From Chromatiales bacterium (lineage in GTDB: Bacteria; Pseudomonadota; Gammaproteobacteria; SZUA-152), in assembly GCA_026999335.1 (NCBI GenBank), contig JALTPW010000949.1, positions 1 to 44,631 of the forward strand: 44,631 nucleotides of DNA, read 5' to 3'. The first letter of the stretch is position 1; each line of letters starts with the position of its first letter. The translations under genes were made by a program, and so were the position numbers. Below, piece after piece: positions 40,248 to 44,631 of the stretch. Below the pieces are notes generated by a model, which was not told where the DNA came from, did no database searches, and saw only the letters and a program-made list of their open reading frames with translations.

Positions 40248-40544
40248 TTACACCTCGCCATTCAGCACTTGCCACAGCGCCCACGCCTCGGGGCTGATGA
40301 ATTTGGAGTATTCCAGATACCCCTTTGCCCGGCGAGCCGTGCAGGCTTCGCACTTGTGGCGCTCCGGCAACAGGTCGTAGAAGGTGGCCTTCACGCGGTC
40401 GGCCTTCTTGCGGCGGTCGAAAGAAAACGGCTCCCGTGCGTAGCCTCGGCCTTTCAGCGGATTGGCCGGCAGGGGCGGCAGGTTGGTGATGCCGCCGTTG
40501 GCCTTGATCAGTTCAACGGCGACGGCTGCTTGTGTGGTGCTCAT
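40248..40544 (-). CDS. hypothetical protein (98 aa)
   Basis: identical to 3056..3352. Confidence 0.6.
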   Translation of the reverse strand: MSTTQAAVAVELIKANGGITNLPPLPANPLKGRGYAREPFSFDRRKKADRVKATFYDLLPERHKCEACTARRAKGYLEYSKFISPEAWALWQVLNGEV

Positions 40545-40921
40545 AAGATGTCCTCCCAATTAGTCTTGACGAACCCCAGGTGGCGGAACACCGCCGTTTT
40601 GCGGACGTTGCCGTCCTCGTCCGTCACCTCAACGGACTCGCGGCGGCTGAACGCATAGACGGGCGTGACGTCCATGTGCCGGAGCACACGCTCCAGCTCG
40701 GGTATGAAGAAGGGTGCGCCGCCGATCATGGCGGCATCGGCCCCGGCGTCGCGGGCCATGCGGGCAACGGCGTGCGCCGTGGCGTTGAGATCGTCCGGCG
40801 TGGGGATCTCATCGAAAGTAAGCCAACGGGACAGCTCCCCCCGCTGTTCGTCGGGCAGGTCAACCACGCCCGCCTCGACTTGTTCAGGCGTGGCCTGGTG
40901 TTGGGTAAGGTTGATGATCAT
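40541..40921 (-). CDS. hypothetical protein (126 aa)
   Basis: identical to 3349..3729. Confidence 0.6.
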   Translation of the reverse strand: MIINLTQHQATPEQVEAGVVDLPDEQRGELSRWLTFDEIPTPDDLNATAHAVARMARDAGADAAMIGGAPFFIPELERVLRHMDVTPVYAFSRRESVEVTDEDGNVRKTAVFRHLGFVKTNWEDIL

Positions 40922-41772
40922 TTCTGATCCTCCATTTTCAGTTTGCATGAATCCACATTTAGCCGGGGGCCGTCGTCAAGCTCTACCGGCACGATCCCGT
41001 CAGTGCGGGTATAGACGACCGCACCGGCTTTGCCCTTGTATGGGCCGTCGAGGACGATCACACGGTCACCCTCCTTTGCTTCGAGGCCAGCACGCGGCGA
41101 CCAGTCCATGATGTGGTATTTGTTCATGTCGCCATAGTAGATGGCGTCGTCGCCAATCCGGCACAGCCACGCGTCGCCGCTCTCCGTCCAAAGGACGCCG
41201 TCCCAGCTAGCCGTCTTGTCGGCCGCCATAATGGGCTCTTGCCCGTCGGCGCAGATGAAGCCGAGCGAGCGGAAGGTGGAGCAGCCACCGGAATAGCTGC
41301 CGTCAATCGAGGACGTGTGGCCCTCGTTGTGGCCGGCGATGCCGACCTGTACGACCGGCATACCCCGGCGGTCATACCACTTGGTTTCCCGCACTTTTAG
41401 CGCGGGATTGTGCGGGTCTTTCCCGACCCGCACGGCCACCGCCCGGATGGCCGGGTCGATCTCCGGCTCCGGCTCCGGCTCCGGCTCGGGTTTGGCCTGG
41501 GCGGGCTCCGGTGCTTCGCCCAGCTCGGCGGCCAGTTCATCGACCGCCGCCGAGAAGGCCTGGTACTTGGCCTCAGCCGCGCCAGTACCGTCGCACAGGC
41601 GGTCCTCGGCGGCCTTATCTTCCAGCCGTGCCAGTACCTTACGGGCGCGGGCCAGCAGCGCAGGAGCCTCAATGGCCGCCCGCGTGACGATCCCCATGGA
41701 CCGCGCACCGCGAACACTCGCGGCGGCGGCCCTGACGGCTTTGGCGCTTATTTGTGCTGCCGTCTTTTTCAT
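40918..41772 (-). CDS. hypothetical protein with PE-repeat linker and KOW-like motif
   Basis: identical to 3726..4580 (alternative start 41799). Confidence 0.65.
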   Translation of the reverse strand: MKKTAAQISAKAVRAAAASVRGARSMGIVTRAAIEAPALLARARKVLARLEDKAAEDRLCDGTGAAEAKYQAFSAAVDELAAELGEAPEPAQAKPEPEPEPEPEIDPAIRAVAVRVGKDPHNPALKVRETKWYDRRGMPVVQVGIAGHNEGHTSSIDGSYSGGCSTFRSLGFICADGQEPIMAADKTASWDGVLWTESGDAWLCRIGDDAIYYGDMNKYHIMDWSPRAGLEAKEGDRVIVLDGPYKGKAGAVVYTRTDGIVPVELDDGPRLNVDSCKLKMEDQK

Positions 41773-41805
41773 GCCTTGTTCCTCTTGTTTGATTGCCATG
41801 CTAAA

Positions 41806-41833
41806 AGTATATACCCTTATCTATAATTGTCAA
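41806..41833 (-). promoter_or_regulatory. near-consensus sigma70-type promoter (copy 2)
   Basis: identical to 4614..4641. Confidence 0.55.
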
Positions 41834-41873
41834 TACTTTTTTGCAAATTATTAACCGCTATTTTTGTGTTGTT

Positions 41874-42071
41874 TTATTTCTTAGTGTTTTGTGTGGTTTT
41901 AGAGGCAACCGGCCACCAGCCGTCGCAGTTGTTGGGGTCCGTAGCCGGGCCGCGCTTGATGAAGAAGGACCAGGCTTGCATCGGGTCAGGGCGCGTGCCG
42001 CTGTCCAGGTGCCTGCGGCAACGCTTGCGATGCGGGCAGGTATCGAGGGCGCACATGTCATAGTCAGGCAT
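41874..42071 (-). CDS. hypothetical Cys/His-containing small protein
   Basis: identical to 4682..4879. Confidence 0.5.
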   Translation of the reverse strand: MPDYDMCALDTCPHRKRCRRHLDSGTRPDPMQAWSFFIKRGPATDPNNCDGWWPVASKTTQNTKK

Positions 42072-42258
42072 GGCTATCATCCTCTCTGACGCTGCTCCAC
42101 CACCACCATACGCCGCAGTAGTGGCAGAACAGTCGGGCGGTCGATCCCATCCGGGTATGCCCGCACCTTGGACACTTGTCGTACTCCCACATCGTCGTAG
42201 CGTTGCCGGGAAGGTCTGCCGTTTTGCCGTCGGGTTTTAGCTTATGGTTGCTCGACAT
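42064..42258 (-). CDS. zinc-ribbon-like small protein
   Basis: identical to 4872..5066. Confidence 0.5.
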   Translation of the reverse strand: MSSNHKLKPDGKTADLPGNATTMWEYDKCPRCGHTRMGSTARLFCHYCGVWWWWSSVREDDSHA

Positions 42259-42470
42259 TCAAACGCATCCAGTATATCTGGCAGATAGGTCCACTTGTCT
42301 GGCAAGTCATCGTAAGCAAGTGGACAATCGTCTATGTCTGTCCAGACGCCTTCTGGCCAGTATAAAAGCACTTCGGGTATGCGCATTTCCCACACGCACA
42401 GCACCGCGATGCAACTCTGTATCTCCGGCACGTGCGGCGGTTCAGTAATTGGTTTCCAGTCGGCTTTCAT
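42237..42470 (-). CDS. hypothetical protein, DUF551-like
   Basis: identical to 5045..5278. Confidence 0.5.
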   Translation of the reverse strand: MKADWKPITEPPHVPEIQSCIAVLCVWEMRIPEVLLYWPEGVWTDIDDCPLAYDDLPDKWTYLPDILDAFECRATIS

Positions 42471-42693
42471 CCCTACCTACCTCCCTTAATGAATTTTCCC
42501 AACCAACGGACCTTGTAATAAAGTAGTGCTTCCCCCCTATGGCCATCCACATAGAAAAGTATTCATTTTTCTTAGGTTTTTTCTCGAATCCCCGCCATTC
42601 TCCGTCTGCGTCTAAAGCTATCCAGTTAACCCAATCGGGTGCTTCGTACTCTTTTCCGTCTATTGTTACTTTCTTTATTTCTTTTTTGCTCAT
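42442..42693 (-). CDS. hypothetical protein (83 aa)
   Basis: identical to 5250..5501. Confidence 0.55.
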   Translation of the reverse strand: MSKKEIKKVTIDGKEYEAPDWVNWIALDADGEWRGFEKKPKKNEYFSMWMAIGGKHYFITRSVGWENSLREVGRDESRLETNY

Positions 42694-42695
42694 AC

Positions 42696-43007
42696 CTAGT
42701 CCTTCATAGTTACGGCAGGAATAGCCGCCCATCCACTTCCTACCTCCGTCGTGACATAAGCGACGCTGCACCAGTCGCCTACTCTTAGGCGCGGATCAAA
42801 CTGCAACATAGTCACGCTACCTAAATCGCTCCCTGAGCTTAGTTCAGGCGCATCGCAGGGTGGGACGGCAACGACCAGATTTCTTGCTGCTGGCTTTGCG
42901 ACTACATAGGCGCGTGGGATCACATGGCGAATTTTCTTTACCGTGTATCCCTGTTCTTCATACCACTCACGGATAGCGCGGCGGGTTGCTCGTTCAAGTT
43001 TGGTCAT
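42696..43007 (-). CDS. hypothetical protein (103 aa)
   Basis: identical to 5504..5815. Confidence 0.6.
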   Translation of the reverse strand: MTKLERATRRAIREWYEEQGYTVKKIRHVIPRAYVVAKPAARNLVVAVPPCDAPELSSGSDLGSVTMLQFDPRLRVGDWCSVAYVTTEVGSGWAAIPAVTMKD

Positions 43008-43210
43008 TATCCGTCGTCCTCATCCAGCCATCGCTCGTATGCAGATACCGCGTTTACGTGTGCTTTTTCAAACTTTTCTATGCCTCCGTTCACCTCGCGA
43101 AACTCTCGCCATACTTGCGCTTTAACAAGGTCAGAACTCGCTTCGGCGATCCTCCTTAGCAGCGCTAGTTCAGTGCTATAGATCAGTTCCTGGTCATCGT
43201 TATCGGTCAT
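43007..43210 (-). CDS. hypothetical acidic protein (67 aa)
   Basis: identical to 5815..6018. Confidence 0.5.
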   Translation of the reverse strand: MTDNDDQELIYSTELALLRRIAEASSDLVKAQVWREFREVNGGIEKFEKAHVNAVSAYERWLDEDDG

Positions 43211-43211
43211 G

Positions 43212-43316
43212 TTATTTCTCGCGCGGAATCGCATGGTGGATTTTATTCGCCGTGTACACCTGCTCTTCACGCCATTCCCGGATTGCTTTTCTTGTTGCTC
43301 GTTCAAGTTTGGTCAT
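43212..43316 (-). CDS. 34-aa truncated paralog
   Basis: identical to 6020..6124. Confidence 0.35.
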   Translation of the reverse strand: MTKLERATRKAIREWREEQVYTANKIHHAIPREK

Positions 43317-43503
43317 TACTCACACCTATTTGCTCCCAAACCCTGTTTGCTTCCAAATTTAGAAACCAGCGATAAAAGTTGTAGGCTAATATACGTTGTT
43401 TTGATGTACGCATAACCTCGTCACCGCTAGCAAACCACCAGATAGTGAAGAAGGCGCGCCAATGATCTTTATACACACAAGATTTTTTGTGCTTATTCCT
43501 CAT
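43303..43503 (-). CDS. hypothetical protein (66 aa), weak call
   Basis: identical to 6111..6311. Confidence 0.3.
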   Translation of the reverse strand: MRNKHKKSCVYKDHWRAFFTIWWFASGDEVMRTSKQRILAYNFYRWFLNLEANRVWEQIGVSNDQT

Positions 43504-43726
43504 CCCCTTTTCCTCGCTCGTCAGTGAAGTCTCCTGGCTTGCATTGCAGCTCATCACCTACTTCACGACACAGACATAGGTGTATTGTCTCTGTGCCATA
43601 AGGCTCACCAAAAGCTGGGCACCAATCTCCACACCGGTCACCGTCGCAATGAATACAGAATTGGGATTTCATTTTCCCGGCCCGTTCTAACCATAGCCAG
43701 CCATCCTCATCGATCTTGATTTTCAT
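43493..43726 (-). CDS. Cys-rich small protein, paralog A
   Basis: identical to 6301..6534. Confidence 0.6.
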   Translation of the reverse strand: MKIKIDEDGWLWLERAGKMKSQFCIHCDGDRCGDWCPAFGEPYGTETIHLCLCREVGDELQCKPGDFTDERGKGDEE

Positions 43727-44021
43727 TTTCACCCTCCCCAGCTTCCATTTTCTTCTCACCACGAAAATCTACAAGATCTTCTTTTGGGATATAGAATGCG
43801 GTATTATGGCATAATGTTAACTGCACGCGCGGTACCAGTGTAGAATCTGTGTCATTATCAATAATCTCCTCAGAGAAGAACACAGGCTCGCCAAAATGCG
43901 GACACCAGTCCCCGCATGAAGTCGTCATCCCTATCGCAAATGAGAATGGGCATGTCTGCTGGCGGTAAATACCGGCTCTCTCTATGTGAAGCCTGCCGTC
44001 TTCGTCAATTAGTACCTTCAT
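43707..44021 (-). CDS. Cys-rich small protein, paralog B
   Basis: identical to 6515..6829. Confidence 0.6.
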   Translation of the reverse strand: MKVLIDEDGRLHIERAGIYRQQTCPFSFAIGMTTSCGDWCPHFGEPVFFSEEIIDNDTDSTLVPRVQLTLCHNTAFYIPKEDLVDFRGEKKMEAGEGENENQDR

Positions 44022-44301
44022 CTTCTTTTCCTCGCTCGTCGGTGAAGTCGTTATCTCTATCTGGGCCGACGCTGTACTTACCATCTTGTGATAGCTTGAG
44101 GTCCGGTATCGAGCAAACGTCGCCGGCCATCGTGTGCCACAGTAGGTGCTGGCGAATCTCGAAGGCCATAACTGACGCTGTTCGCCAGTTTGGTTTTCCA
44201 TTGATAAGCATTTCATCCTTTGCCCGTTCATCACACCAGGCTTCCAGTTTCTCGATGCGATCAAGCAGTTCGTTTGCTAGCTTGGGACTTATCTCTTTCA
44301 T
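44005..44301 (-). CDS. hypothetical protein (98 aa)
   Basis: identical to 6813..7109. Confidence 0.6.
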   Translation of the reverse strand: MKEISPKLANELLDRIEKLEAWCDERAKDEMLINGKPNWRTASVMAFEIRQHLLWHTMAGDVCSIPDLKLSQDGKYSVGPDRDNDFTDERGKEDEGTN

Positions 44302-44631
44302 GCAGCATTTACCTCAATTATCTGCTCAATAATCGGACGCCATGTGCGCGACCACTCCAGTGCATCATCATCCATTGACGCGATGCGATCATCATCGAAG
44401 CCCCGCCATTCTTCGATGCTGTGCTGTTCATAACCTATTGCCATTACATCCTTGGTTAAGACAATCGGCCAGGGGTCGGTCTGTATGGTCTTAATTTCTT
44501 TTCTATTGCCGATGACGTGGTGTAACTTAGCATCTCGTAGATCAGCATCGCGCAGACTGGCAAAGCCCAGATTAGCGTAGCGCAGATCGGCGCAGCTCAG
44601 ATTGGCATCGCGCAGATCGGTGAAGCGCAGA
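44298..44631 (-). CDS. pentapeptide-repeat protein, 3' part only (start lies beyond the window end)
   Basis: identical to 7106..7439. Confidence 0.8.
   Translation of the reverse strand, partial: LRFTDLRDANLSCADLRYANLGFASLRDADLRDAKLHHVIGNRKEIKTIQTDPWPIVLTKDVMAIGYEQHSIEEWRGFDDDRIASMDDDALEWSRTWRPIIEQIIEVNAA

Larger units (their letters stand above)
39241..44631. repeat. long direct repeat, copy 2 (partner 2049-7439), truncated by the window end
   Basis: see copy 1; offset exactly 37,192. Confidence 0.95.

Noticed and set aside
1-44631. Interpreting the window as a simple circularly permuted or terminally redundant genome (contig wrap-around)
   Set aside because: The repeat does not start at position 1. 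The sequence 1-2048 has no counterpart at 37193-39240, and the first 340 bp of the repeat differ by 33 substitutions. A clean wrap-around therefore does not fit.

Overview
The whole window is bacteriophage DNA; I see no clearly host-derived gene. It holds one genome-length unit (37,192 bp, about 2049-39240) of an HK97-like phage with a long non-contractile tail. An outer-membrane beta-barrel gene, a lipobox protein and a spanin pair point to a Gram-negative host.

This unit is flanked on the left by an unrelated low-GC 2-kb module (1-2048). On the right it is followed by a second copy of its own first 5.4 kb (39241-44631 = 2049-7439), and the window ends inside that copy.

Layout:
- Leftward (minus-strand) early operon, 12770 down to 2049. 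It has about 30 small, translationally coupled genes: YqaJ-type exonuclease + RecT, a signal-peptide outer-membrane beta-barrel protein, a DnaJ-type zinc-finger protein, tRNA-Pro(UGG), a pentapeptide-repeat protein, several Cys-rich small proteins, and a GC-rich seven-gene cassette with its own near-consensus promoter.
- Divergent control region, 12771-12927.
- Rightward operon: Cro/YdaS-like HTH, a replication protein with internal iterons, SNF2-type helicase, beta-class DNA methyltransferase, NinG-like and Q-like proteins.
- Late promoter plus terminator at 18986-19078, then an unusual 511-aa tandem-repeat protein and fibre-like genes.
- Packaging and virion genes: HNH, small and large terminase, portal, prohead protease, HK97-type major capsid, connector and tail-completion genes, major tail protein, tail chaperone with a -1 frameshift site, tape measure, tail tip and receptor-binding genes.
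- Lysis cassette: GH24 lysozyme, small TM proteins, overlapping spanin pair.

I recognised no integrase, CI-type repressor, CRISPR array, rRNA or transposase.

Limits: all functional calls come from motifs and gene order read by eye, with no database search or alignment tool. Start codons were refined using ATGA/GTGA stop-start overlaps and Shine-Dalgarno-like sequences and remain provisional.
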